A stretch of 56,384 nucleotides of DNA from Gemmatimonadota bacterium (GTDB taxonomy: Bacteria > 4572-55 > J002): positions 1-56,384 of the forward strand of contig RFFQ01000169.1 of assembly GCA_003697105.1 (NCBI GenBank). Reading direction: 5' to 3'. Of this stretch, positions 29,513 to 39,086 are shown in pieces. Each line of letters opens with the position of its first letter. Position 1 is the first letter of the stretch. The position numbers and the translations under genes are program-made. The notes beneath the pieces were generated by a model, which worked only from the letters and a program-made list of their open reading frames with translations, was not told the origin of the DNA and did not search any database.

Positions 29513-32500
29513 ATGTTGATCCGCTTAAATTTAATTTTTAGCCTCATTGTTTTGCTATTCACTACCAGCGTTGCAGAGACATTATTTGAGGTGAAAGATG
29601 AAGCCGGACAACCCATTTTCGCCGTGACTTCGGAAGGGATTATTGTGCGAAATGCGGCAGGGGATACACTTATGAAAGTGGATAATTCCCAAATTTTAAT
29701 GGTGATTGATCAAGGTTCAGAAGATGGACGTGCACCGGCGCGGAGTTTTGCTATCGGACAAGGGTCGAGTTTGAATCGCGAAGGGGAAATCAATGATTTG
29801 ATCATGACTGTCAGTGATGATGAAGTGCGTATTAATTTGCGTGAAAGTGGGGTAGAGCGGGCACCGGCGCGGAGTTTTGCTATTGGGCAAGGGTCCAGTT
29901 TAAATCGGGAGGATAATGCCGAATTTTTCACCCTTTCCCCGGACTCCGTTGCGGATATTATCATTGATGAGCCGCGGATGGTCTGGTATCCGCAGCGGGA
30001 AGCCTTTCGCGTCGGGCGGGTTATGATCGAACATCCCGATAGCGTCGGTTTCAATTCCACCGGCACGGGCTACCATGCGCTGGCAATTGGAAATTTTTCA
30101 CAATCAATGGGATACGAAACCGTGGCACGCGGTGACTTTTCCACGGCTATCGGGCGGGAAAGTGTCGCTCAGGCGAATAATTCGTTTGCATTTGGTCAGG
30201 AAGCTCAAGCCTTAAAGCAGGGTTCATTTGCCTTGGGGTTTAATGCCACTGCCGATGCCCGTAACTCCTTTGCGTTGGGGCAGGATGCGTATACCCAAGG
30301 GGTCAATACGGTTGCGCTGGGGTTTGGGGCGACAGCGGTGGGACGGAATTCCTTTGCTCAAGGGCGTAATGCCACCTCCGCTGGGCTTAGCTCTTTTGCT
30401 TTAGGGGATAGCAGTTTTTCAACCGGCAGTAATTCGTTTGCCATTGGGCGTAAATGTTTTGCCGGTGGTCAGATTGAAGCCGACGATCCGGCAGCAAATA
30501 CATTTGCCATCGGGTTTGACTCTTATGCTGGCGGATTGGGTTCATTTGCGCTGGGGAGTAGTGTGGGGGCGGAAGGTGCCAGTGCGTTTGCTCTGGGTTT
30601 TGAATCCTATGCGGGCGGGGTCGGTTCGTTCGTTTTAGGTACTCATTCCGGGGCAAATGGGGAAAATTCGTTTGCCTTAGGTTTTGAGAATGGCGCGGAG
30701 GGACGGAGTTCTTTTGCCTTGGGCGAACGTTCAAATGCTGCTGGCGAAGGTGCCTATGCCATCGGTTCTGGTGTGTCCGCCGAGGGCAATAACTCATACG
30801 CTATTGGACAAAACTGTGTCGCGGGATATTTTGTCACCGCTGAAGGGGATACCATTCGCGGCGAAAACTCCTTTTCTATTGGGGCAGAATCGTATGCCGG
30901 TGGGGTTGGTTCCTATGCCCTCGGTACCCGTTCTGCTGCTGCCGGGGCAAATTCCTTTGCGTTAGGGTTTGAGAATGTCGCGGCGGGTATCAGTTCTTTT
31001 GCCATTGGGGATCATGCTGTATCCGAAGGAGAAGGCGCCTACGCCATCGGGTCACATGCCAGCACTTACGGCTCCGGTTCATACGCACTGGGCGATAGCT
31101 CCCAATCCACGGGAAGTAATTCCTTTGCTATTGGCAAAAATTGTGTCGCGGGTGGACGAATTGCAAACGGGGTATTTTCCGCGAATACGTTTGCGATTGG
31201 CTTCAGTTCTGATGCCAGCGGTGCTGGATCATTTGCGATTGGGAGTGAATCGGAAGCAAGCGGCGCGAGTTCGTTCGCCATCGGGTTGCAGAGTTCCTCT
31301 CGCGGCGCCAATTCCTTTGCCCTCGGTGCGGAAGCGGTCGCGGATGGGTTGGGTTCATACGCCATCGGTTCTAACGCTGTTGCAGAGCGGCAATCTGCCT
31401 ATGCGCTGGGTTCAAATACCTATGCCTCGGGGACAGGGTCTTTTGGAATCGGATTTGACGCGGCGGCCGTCGGCGAAAATGCGCTGGCACTCGGGCGAGA
31501 TGTGGTCGCTTTTAGCCAAAGTGCGGTGGCGTTCGGTGAATCCTGTTTATCGACCGGAATTAACTCTTTTGCTATCGGAAATCTGTGTATTGCGGGAGGG
31601 GATACCGCTAATGGTAACCGAGATTTTGCCGCAAATTCCTTTGCCATTGGGCGAGAATGCCGCGCCGCCGGTGAGGGTTCTTTTGCCATTGGGAATCAAG
31701 CCATTGCGACCGGGCTTAATTCATTCGCGCTGGGGCATGGCTCTGAATCTCGGGGAAGTAGTTCGTTTGCCTTAGGAATTGGCACTTATGCGGATAACTT
31801 TGGGGCGATGGCAACCGGTTTTCAATCCGAAGCGACCGGAAATGTTGCCAACGCTTTTGGGGCATATACCAGTGCCAGCGGGGAGGTGTCCACTGCCATG
31901 GGGTTTGGTGTTTCTACGGCGGGACATGCCGGAGCATTTATTTATGGTGACTATAGTCGTTTTCGGATCGAACTAGATGAAGAAGGGAATCCGTATGCCG
32001 TCCCATCTGACACCCTAGAGGCAGAGTGGGATAATCAATTTATGGTACGGGCTACCGGCGGCGTAAAGTTCATCAGTGGCTATACCGTCGTGGGTGATAC
32101 TGCGATTGGTGTCGTTCTGCCGCGCAATGAGGGGCAATGGCAGATGATTTCCGACCGAAATCGGAAAGAAAACTTTCAGGATGAAAACCCGGCGGAAATT
32201 CTGCAAAAAGTAGCTCAATTACCAGTACAAAGCTGGAATTACAAAGGGCAAGACCCCACCAAACGCCACGTCGGTGTGACGGCGCAAGATTTCTATGAAG
32301 CGTTTCGTATCGGCGTCAGTGACACTACCCTTTCCGCAATGGATGTTGCCGGTATCAACATGCTTGCCATTCAGGCATTGGAAGACCGTACTGCCGAATT
32401 GATGAAGGCGCAAGCGGAAAATGAAGAACTCCGTGCCGAACTCCACCAACTGAAATCCCAAATGCAAGCGTTTGAACATCAACTGCATCAGTTGCAAGCC

Positions 32501-32545
32501 GCCGTTGAAAGCACCACAACACCCGCGGTGGCACGTGTCAAATAA
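29513..32545 (+). CDS. Secreted trimeric fibre/adhesin with YadA-head-like repeats and C-terminal S74 intramolecular chaperone
   Basis: Signal peptide, about 40 14-residue x9-SFA[I/L]G repeats, ISDRNRKENF...WNYK...HVGVTAQDF (S74), terminal coiled coil; SD AGGAG. Confidence 0.88.
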   Translation: MLIRLNLIFSLIVLLFTTSVAETLFEVKDEAGQPIFAVTSEGIIVRNAAGDTLMKVDNSQILMVIDQGSEDGRAPARSFAIGQGSSLNREGEINDLIMTVSDDEVRINLRESGVERAPARSFAIGQGSSLNREDNAEFFTLSPDSVADIIIDEPRMVWYPQREAFRVGRVMIEHPDSVGFNSTGTGYHALAIGNFSQSMGYETVARGDFSTAIGRESVAQANNSFAFGQEAQALKQGSFALGFNATADARNSFALGQDAYTQGVNTVALGFGATAVGRNSFAQGRNATSAGLSSFALGDSSFSTGSNSFAIGRKCFAGGQIEADDPAANTFAIGFDSYAGGLGSFALGSSVGAEGASAFALGFESYAGGVGSFVLGTHSGANGENSFALGFENGAEGRSSFALGERSNAAGEGAYAIGSGVSAEGNNSYAIGQNCVAGYFVTAEGDTIRGENSFSIGAESYAGGVGSYALGTRSAAAGANSFALGFENVAAGISSFAIGDHAVSEGEGAYAIGSHASTYGSGSYALGDSSQSTGSNSFAIGKNCVAGGRIANGVFSANTFAIGFSSDASGAGSFAIGSESEASGASSFAIGLQSSSRGANSFALGAEAVADGLGSYAIGSNAVAERQSAYALGSNTYASGTGSFGIGFDAAAVGENALALGRDVVAFSQSAVAFGESCLSTGINSFAIGNLCIAGGDTANGNRDFAANSFAIGRECRAAGEGSFAIGNQAIATGLNSFALGHGSESRGSSSFALGIGTYADNFGAMATGFQSEATGNVANAFGAYTSASGEVSTAMGFGVSTAGHAGAFIYGDYSRFRIELDEEGNPYAVPSDTLEAEWDNQFMVRATGGVKFISGYTVVGDTAIGVVLPRNEGQWQMISDRNRKENFQDENPAEILQKVAQLPVQSWNYKGQDPTKRHVGVTAQDFYEAFRIGVSDTTLSAMDVAGINMLAIQALEDRTAELMKAQAENEELRAELHQLKSQMQAFEHQLHQLQAAVESTTTPAVARVK
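29729..29911 (+). repeat. Internal 54-bp direct repeat encoding RAPARSFAIGQGSSLNRE twice
   Basis: Copies at 29729-29782 and 29858-29911 (129 nt apart), identical peptide with synonymous differences. Confidence 0.9.
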
Positions 32546-32577
32546 GTGTTGATTCTATCTCGATTTGCACTATATTT

Positions 32578-32621
32578 AGCCACAGATGTTGTTTAGACTT
32601 GGCATCTGTGGCTCTCTTTTT
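32578..32621 (+). terminator. Intrinsic terminator after the adhesin gene
   Basis: AGCCACAGATG...CATCTGTGGCT stem followed by CTCTTTTT. Confidence 0.7.
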
Positions 32622-32646
32622 GTCCTTATCCTGGATGGAATCTAGC

Positions 32647-33654
32647 ATGGAAAATTACCAACACCACGCCGAGCATTTCAAAGCCACCTTTGAACGCATT
32701 GAGCAGGAATTGGGCAAGGTGATTGTTGGGCAACGTGCCATTATCCGGCAGGTATTGCTCGCGCTATTTGTGCGAGGTAACGTCTTGCTGGAAGGCGTGC
32801 CGGGGTTGGGTAAAACCCTACTGGTGCGCTCCTTGGCGCAAGTGATGGATTTACAGTTTTCCCGGATTCAATTCACCCCTGATTTGATGCCAGCGGATAT
32901 TCTCGGCACCAATATCGTTGAGGAAAATGAACGGGGTCAGCGGTTTTTCCGCTTCCAACATGGGCCCATTTTCGCCAATCTGATTTTGGCAGATGAGATC
33001 AATCGCGCCACGCCTAAAACACAATCTGCCTTATTAGAAGCCATGCAAGAGCACAGTGTCACGGTGGCAGGGGAAGTCCGCCAACTCGATGAACCGTTTT
33101 TTGTCTTAGCGACTCAAAACCCACTGGAAATGGAGGGTACATACCCCTTGCCAGAAGCGCAACTGGATCGCTTTCTCTTCAAAATTCAAGTGACGTTTCC
33201 CAGCCATGCAGAACTGAGTGAGATCATCGACCGTACCACGACCGGACACCAACCCACGCTGGAAAAAGTCACTTCGGCGACAGAATTGATTGCCTTACAA
33301 CGTCTCGTTCCGTTAGTACCCATTGCCAACCACGTTAAAGATTATGCCTTGCGGTTGGTCCTGGCGACTCATCCGGAGCAGGCGGACAGTCCGGAAATTA
33401 CCAAACAGTACATTCGCTACGGCTCAAGTCCCCGTGGAGTGCAAGCGATCATTCTTGCCGCTAAAGCACTTGCTCTATTGGATGACCGTTACAATGTCAG
33501 TTTTGATGATATTCAGGCGGTGTTTCATCCGGCGTTGCGCCACCGGCTGATCCGGAATTTTGAAGGTGAAGCTGAAGGTATTTTGCCAGATACCATCCTA
33601 GACCAAATTTTAACTGCTATCCCCACCGATTCTCTCCTCACAAACGAGACGTAG
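32647..33654 (+). CDS. MoxR family AAA+ ATPase
   Basis: LLEGVPGLGKT, RIQFTPDLMPADI, LADEINRATPKTQSALLEAM, ATQNP.E.EGTYPLPEAQLDRF; start likely ATG 32647. Confidence 0.96.
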   Translation: MENYQHHAEHFKATFERIEQELGKVIVGQRAIIRQVLLALFVRGNVLLEGVPGLGKTLLVRSLAQVMDLQFSRIQFTPDLMPADILGTNIVEENERGQRFFRFQHGPIFANLILADEINRATPKTQSALLEAMQEHSVTVAGEVRQLDEPFFVLATQNPLEMEGTYPLPEAQLDRFLFKIQVTFPSHAELSEIIDRTTTGHQPTLEKVTSATELIALQRLVPLVPIANHVKDYALRLVLATHPEQADSPEITKQYIRYGSSPRGVQAIILAAKALALLDDRYNVSFDDIQAVFHPALRHRLIRNFEGEAEGILPDTILDQILTAIPTDSLLTNET

Positions 33655-33656
33655 TC

Positions 33657-35414
33657 ATGTCACCGCGCTCCAACGGATTCCCAAACGAACAGGTCGAACT
33701 CCATCACCGCGTCCGTGCCTTGATGATCTTCCGGTTAATCGTGATGACCGGCTTACTGGTCATTGGTATTTTAATCCTTGATAAAGGGGATTTCCCGTAT
33801 GCGTTGGGCCCCATTTACGGTATTATCATCGCCGGTTACGTGTTGACCCTTATTTATTGGATTCTACTAGAGTTACGGATATCCTACTTTTGGTTACTTT
33901 ATACCCAGTTGTTCATTGATGCCGTACTTCAGACCGGTTTGGTGCATTTTTCGGGTGGGATTACCAGCCAATACATCATTTTATACCCGTTGATCATCCT
34001 TGCCGGCAGTATTTTTTATCAGGTTTCCGGGGGGTTGATCATTTGTACCTGGTCATCTATTCTGTTTTCCCTCGCAATCTGGCTGGAGTACACCGGACGC
34101 CTACCACAGGTCATCCGTGATGAAGAGGCGCGTTATATCTCCGGTAGTATGGTTTTTCTGCGGGTGTATCTGCATATCTGTTTTTTCTATCTGATTGCTT
34201 TTTTAGGGGGATTTCTCTCCGAGCGTGCGGAACGGAAACGCCGCGAAGCGTTGCAAGCCACAACCGAACTCCAACGGGTGCGTCTCAACACGGACGACAT
34301 TCTGCGCAATATGAGCAGTGGCTTGATCACCATTGATGAACAAGGACGGTTGGTTTCTTTCAATCGTGCCGCCGCCCGAATTTTAGGATGCCCCTATGAG
34401 GAAAATTACACCGGACGCGATTGCATGGAATTATTTGACCGCCATTTGCGCGAATTTGGAACACGTTTGATTCGAGTCCTTCATGAGGGGATTTTGCATG
34501 ACAGCTATGAATTGATGATTCTCCCTCCCGGGGCATCGACCTATCGCCCCATTGGCGTCAAAACGACCCTGTTGACCGAAACCGATGGGCAAAAACGGGG
34601 GGTTATTGCCTTGTTTGAAGACCTAACCGATCAAAAACGGTTGGAAGAACGAATTCGGCGTTCCGACCGGTTGGCGGCGGTGGGACGTCTCTCTGCCGGG
34701 ATCGCTCATGAAATCCGCAACCCGTTAGCCTCCATTAGCGGTGCGGTACAGATGCTGAAAGACGAATTAAAATTGGAAGATGATAACCTAAGATTGTTAA
34801 ATTTAGTAGTTCGCGAGTCCGACCGTTTGAATGGGATTATTGGCAACTTTCTCTATTTTTCTCGCCTTGAAACGGCTACCGAGATGCGCGACATCCATTT
34901 ACAGCGACTAATGGACGATCTATTTTTTCTGATTAAAAATCGCCCTGATGTGGTGGAACATGAACACGAGTTGGAATACGAAATTAACATTGATGCTGAC
35001 CTGATTGTTTACGGCAATCTGGACCAATTGGAACAGTTGTTCCTAAATCTCTGTTTAAATGCGTTACAAGCGATGGACTACGCTGGGCAGATACGTATCA
35101 CCGCCTATCAGGATGATTTGGAATGGGTGGTTATCCACTTTTCAGATACCGGTAAAGGGATCGCCCCCGATCAAATGGATAAAATTTTTGACCCCTTTTA
35201 TACCAATCGTCGTGGAGGTACCGGATTAGGCTTGGCGATTGTAAGCCGCATTATCGAAAACCATCGCGGTGAAATTCGGGTAGAAAGCACGCCCCATCGA
35301 GGTACGACATTTGTGTTACGTCTGCCGAGCACTCCTCCCACCACGATTGGACGTCCGCAGCACAGCGTATCTTCATCCGCTTCAACCGTACCGACCCCAA
35401 CATCACCGGTGTAA
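33657..35414 (+). CDS. PilS-like membrane PAS sensor histidine kinase
   Basis: About 6 N-terminal TM helices (FRLIVMT, HFSGGITS), PAS, AHEIRNPL, QLFLNLCLNA, DTGKGI, GGTGLGL. Confidence 0.88.
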   Translation: MSPRSNGFPNEQVELHHRVRALMIFRLIVMTGLLVIGILILDKGDFPYALGPIYGIIIAGYVLTLIYWILLELRISYFWLLYTQLFIDAVLQTGLVHFSGGITSQYIILYPLIILAGSIFYQVSGGLIICTWSSILFSLAIWLEYTGRLPQVIRDEEARYISGSMVFLRVYLHICFFYLIAFLGGFLSERAERKRREALQATTELQRVRLNTDDILRNMSSGLITIDEQGRLVSFNRAAARILGCPYEENYTGRDCMELFDRHLREFGTRLIRVLHEGILHDSYELMILPPGASTYRPIGVKTTLLTETDGQKRGVIALFEDLTDQKRLEERIRRSDRLAAVGRLSAGIAHEIRNPLASISGAVQMLKDELKLEDDNLRLLNLVVRESDRLNGIIGNFLYFSRLETATEMRDIHLQRLMDDLFFLIKNRPDVVEHEHELEYEINIDADLIVYGNLDQLEQLFLNLCLNALQAMDYAGQIRITAYQDDLEWVVIHFSDTGKGIAPDQMDKIFDPFYTNRRGGTGLGLAIVSRIIENHRGEIRVESTPHRGTTFVLRLPSTPPTTIGRPQHSVSSSASTVPTPTSPV

Positions 35415-35636
35415 AATTATCACCCTCATTTCATCTCCGGTTCGATGGATATGGTGACGGTATTTGCCGTAATAACCTCCCTCAATCAGAGATTTTATTC
35501 TCAACATGTTACAGCAAGATCCGCCTTTCCAACCGGACACCATCGTTTGACGTGTCTTCTCTGAGTTCCCCGTTTACCTCCGAAGAGAACATCCGAACCG
35601 TTTTACCGGCACCGTGGAAGCACCGTGTTTTTTCGC

Positions 35637-35665
35637 TTGACTCTCCTTCTAAAAGGTGGTATCAT
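35637..35665 (+). promoter_or_regulatory. Sigma70-type promoter with extended -10 upstream of the intein-like gene
   Basis: TTGACT-17 nt-TATCAT, preceded by TGn. Confidence 0.7.
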
Positions 35666-35728
35666 TTAAAGCAAAACATGAAGTGAACTTATTTTTATCG
35701 TTTTTTATGAGATAGTTACCACAAACAA

Positions 35729-37024
35729 ATGTACGCTTTTGGAAGCGATCTTTTCGGGCAGCCAGCTCATAGTTTACAGATCGAGTTAGCCCTTCCTGAA
35801 CGACCCGGCGTTGCACTTCCGGCAGAGGCAGTAAGTGCCGCTAGCCATGTAATTCAAGTGAAGAATGGGGTTTGGAATCCGTTGCACGACATTTACCATA
35901 CCTCTCGTCAAGATTGGCTCGTTTTGGGATTAAATGAGACTCATAAAGTGGCACCCGCGCGGATATATACCATCCAACACGCTCAAAAAGGGCGGTTGTA
36001 CCGGCTGGTGACCCGGCGCGGGCGGGAATTAGTTGCTACCGAAAATGTCCGGTTGCTTACACCCACCGGCTGGACGGCATTAAAACTATTGAAACGAGGT
36101 GCGTTCATTGCGAGTTTACGCCATATTCCGTTTCGATTAACTCGCAGTTTATACCATCACCAACTGATTTTGCTGGGGTATCTTCTGAGTGATGCTACGG
36201 CATTGTCTGAGGACAAAATCACGTTTTCCGCCCGGCAAAAAAGCCATGTTGAGGATTTCACACACCATATTCATCAATTTGAGCACACCCACGTTGAAAT
36301 TGAAGGTTGGCACGGTCGAGAAGCCGTTATTCTGACTGCCACGCATGAATTACCTCATATTTCCGCCCTGATCGAGTGGGTTGACCAATTAGGTCTCGTC
36401 TCCGAAAAGCAACTTCCAAAGCTGGTGTTTACGTTGTCACACACCGATGTTGCCTTGCTGATGGGGCGGTTGTGGTCTGTCTGCGGCAAGGTTGTCCTAG
36501 ATGCCAATAAAACGATCTTTTTCACGACATCGACGCGGTTGGCTCGCCAACTTCAGCATCTACTGCTCCGGTTTGGCATTATCAGCAAATTGGAGACAAC
36601 CCGCCGGCAGTCTCGTTTGGTGGTTTCGGGGTCCTATTATCTTCATCGATTTTACCAGACCTTTACCCGGTTTTTATTAGGCACAGTTTCCCGAAATCTG
36701 AAAAAATGGTACCGGCGCCAACGAGTAACCAACGGCACCACATTTCTGGAAACAGACCCCATTCCCACAGCACTTCTGCCCACGGATGACCCGGCAATGA
36801 GCACGATTGGGGATCAACAGCAGTATATTCAACGTCGCCGCCTGTACCAACTGTACCAACGCCATCCGGCAATAGAACTTAAAACGATTATCGAATCCGA
36901 TATTTACTGGGATCGGGTTCGCTCCACGAAACCGGACCCATCTCCATTTCGGGAGTCTATAAAACTTGTGACATCCGATGCGGTGGCAGTGAATGACCTG
37001 ATCGTCAAATTTGGACACACGTAA
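35729..37024 (+). CDS. Stand-alone intein-derived protein (Hint + LAGLIDADG domains), predicted splicing-inactive
   Basis: Block B-like RLYRLVTRRGRELVATENVRLLTPTGW, LAGLIDADG-like LLGYLLSDA and LMGRLWSVCG, block H-like TSTRLARQLQHLLLRFGIIS, block F/G-like SDIYWDRV...AVNDLIVKF; no extein sequence. Confidence 0.82.
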   Translation: MYAFGSDLFGQPAHSLQIELALPERPGVALPAEAVSAASHVIQVKNGVWNPLHDIYHTSRQDWLVLGLNETHKVAPARIYTIQHAQKGRLYRLVTRRGRELVATENVRLLTPTGWTALKLLKRGAFIASLRHIPFRLTRSLYHHQLILLGYLLSDATALSEDKITFSARQKSHVEDFTHHIHQFEHTHVEIEGWHGREAVILTATHELPHISALIEWVDQLGLVSEKQLPKLVFTLSHTDVALLMGRLWSVCGKVVLDANKTIFFTTSTRLARQLQHLLLRFGIISKLETTRRQSRLVVSGSYYLHRFYQTFTRFLLGTVSRNLKKWYRRQRVTNGTTFLETDPIPTALLPTDDPAMSTIGDQQQYIQRRRLYQLYQRHPAIELKTIIESDIYWDRVRSTKPDPSPFRESIKLVTSDAVAVNDLIVKFGHT

Positions 37025-37080
37025 CCATTTCATCGCAAATGATGTTTATCTTTCGTACATTCAATAATACCGGAGGAAAT

Positions 37081-38007
37081 ATGATGACACACCGGAGCAT
37101 TTATGTGATCGGTTTATGGGTGGGGATGATGCTGATCGGCGGTTTTACGACATCCAGTGTTGCCGCAGAGCGCTATGGCTATGAACCCCAACGGGTAGTG
37201 GATGCCCCGACTGCCGGCATGATTGACCGGGATCGACTTTCGCTCTCTACCCGCACGTATGATGGTGGCGGTACGATGGTTTTTCTGATGTACGGTATTA
37301 AAGCCGGCAAAACTCAGGCATTTGCCGTCGGCTTTTCCGTGGGAGCAGATAGTTTGGTCGGAAATGGCTCCATGAAAGCCCGCTTTAATGTTCAGGCAAA
37401 ATTTCGATTCTGGAACGAGGAGCATGATACGTGGAAACCGGCTTTGGCTGTCGGGCTGGATATGCAAGGTTACGGACCCTACAGCGAAGAGTACGAGCGG
37501 TACCAGTATAAATCCAAAGGCTTATATGGGGTTGTCAGTAAAAATTGGCATTTGGGTTACCTGAACGATTCCAACTTCTCCTTTGGAAATTTGGGTTTAC
37601 ATTTTGGTCTGAATTATGCATTTGAACAACGTAAAGATGAAGAAACCGGTTTCAATGCCTTTTGGGGGTTTGATAAAGTCCTGTGGGAACGTAGTGTAAT
37701 CATTAAAGACCCGTGCACCGACCGCTCCACTCGGGTTTCCCAACCGGTAGTGGAACTCATGGGCGAGTATGATTTTGGTCTAAACGATGATCGCCCCGAT
37801 GGACGATTCGGTGAACCGGGCCGGCAAGGGTACCTCAATGCCGGATTGCGCGTTTTTCTCTTTTCGCGCTGGGAACCGGAGATGTCCCAGTTAAAACCCT
37901 CCTTGATCCTTGAATTATACGCCCGCAATCTCAACAAAAATAACGGTGATGTCAGCCGGGAGTTTGGCTTGAGTTTTCAGACAGATTTACAGTTTCGGAT
38001 CAACTAA
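37081..38007 (+). CDS. Putative outer-membrane beta-barrel protein (YjbH-like domain)
   Basis: SD GGAGG before ATG 37081, signal peptide, VDAPTAG motif, alternating beta-strands ([30 protein letters not shown]). Confidence 0.7.
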   Translation: MMTHRSIYVIGLWVGMMLIGGFTTSSVAAERYGYEPQRVVDAPTAGMIDRDRLSLSTRTYDGGGTMVFLMYGIKAGKTQAFAVGFSVGADSLVGNGSMKARFNVQAKFRFWNEEHDTWKPALAVGLDMQGYGPYSEEYERYQYKSKGLYGVVSKNWHLGYLNDSNFSFGNLGLHFGLNYAFEQRKDEETGFNAFWGFDKVLWERSVIIKDPCTDRSTRVSQPVVELMGEYDFGLNDDRPDGRFGEPGRQGYLNAGLRVFLFSRWEPEMSQLKPSLILELYARNLNKNNGDVSREFGLSFQTDLQFRIN

Positions 38008-38057
38008 ATGGGGGCAACTCACTCCGATCCGCGGGTGATCGTACTGCAAACTTTTTG

Positions 38058-38086
38058 TTGACATTCGATCTGAGATGTGATAGTAT
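38058..38086 (+). promoter_or_regulatory. Sigma70-type promoter immediately upstream of accA
   Basis: TTGACA-17 nt-TAGTAT with TGn extension; ATG lies only 10 nt after the -10 box. Confidence 0.78.
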
Positions 38087-38096
38087 TCCTTCCACT

Positions 38097-39056
38097 ATGA
38101 GCGAATTTATACTGGATTTTGAGCGTCCCATTTTGGAGCTCGAACGCAAAATTGATGACTTGCGCGGCTTCGCCGAAACGGAGAATCTTGAGTTTACCGA
38201 TGAGATTCAAACGTTAGAGGAAAAGTGCCTCCGGCTGAAAGAGGAAATTTATTCCAATCTGACCCGTTGGCAGCGGGTTCAGCTTGCCCGGCATCCCAAA
38301 CGTCCTTACGCCCTAGATTATATTCATGCCATGCTTACGGATTTTGTGGAATTGCATGGTGACCGTAATTTTGCCGATGATAAAGCGATTGTGGGCGGTC
38401 TCGCAAAACTTGAGGGCCAACCGATTGTGGTTATTGGGCAACAAAAAGGGCGGGACACCAAAGAAAATCTAGTCCGTAATTTTGGTATGCCTCACCCGGA
38501 AGGCTATCGCAAAGCCTTACGGCTGATGAATCTTGCCGCTAAATTCAACCGGCCTATCTTATGTTTAGTTGATACCCCGGGCGCGTATCCCGGTATTGGC
38601 GCGGAAGAACGGGGACAGGCGGAAGCTATCGCCCGTAATTTGCGAGAAATGGCAACCCTTCCCGTGCCGATTATTGTAGTAGTGATTGGGGAAGGTGCCA
38701 GTGGCGGCGCGCTTGGTATTGGCGTCGGTGACCGGATTTTGATGTTGGATAACACCTGGTTCTCGGTGATTTCCCCGGAAGGATGTGCGGCAATTCTCTG
38801 GCGCAGTGCCGAAGAACGCGAACGTGCCGCCGAAGCCCTGAAACTTGCCCCGCAAGACCTGCTGGAATTGGGCATCATTGATGAGATTGTCCCAGAACCG
38901 CTGGGCGGTGCCCACCGCGATCCACAAAAAACAGCGCAAAATTTGAAAAACCGGTTGGTTGCGATCTTTAATGAACTGCAACAGCTATCCTGTGATGATT
39001 TAATTGATCAGCGCATCCAAAAATATGAAAAAATGGGTGTTTTTATTGAAGAATAG
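38097..39056 (+). CDS. accA: Acetyl-CoA carboxylase carboxyltransferase alpha subunit
   Basis: [65 protein letters not shown]; start ATG 38097. Confidence 0.98.
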   Translation: MSEFILDFERPILELERKIDDLRGFAETENLEFTDEIQTLEEKCLRLKEEIYSNLTRWQRVQLARHPKRPYALDYIHAMLTDFVELHGDRNFADDKAIVGGLAKLEGQPIVVIGQQKGRDTKENLVRNFGMPHPEGYRKALRLMNLAAKFNRPILCLVDTPGAYPGIGAEERGQAEAIARNLREMATLPVPIIVVVIGEGASGGALGIGVGDRILMLDNTWFSVISPEGCAAILWRSAEERERAAEALKLAPQDLLELGIIDEIVPEPLGGAHRDPQKTAQNLKNRLVAIFNELQQLSCDDLIDQRIQKYEKMGVFIEE

Positions 39057-39086
39057 TTCCTCCGGCGATTAAAGGAGGGGATTGAC

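Noticed and set aside
30969-31775. 268-aa alternative-frame ORF, and other shadow ORFs, inside the adhesin gene
   Set aside because: By-product of repetitive Gly/Ala/Ser codons; no SD and no protein-like motifs.
29513-32545. Prophage, suggested by the tail-fibre S74 domain
   Set aside because: The protein has a Sec signal peptide, and no capsid, terminase, integrase or other phage genes are adjacent.
35729-35830. Split or frameshifted dnaB/dnaE/recA extein around the intein-like ORF
   Set aside because: The N-terminal 33 aa and flanking DNA show no recognisable extein motifs (e.g. LRESG/SIEQDAD, FNKSH); the upstream DNA is a promoter region.
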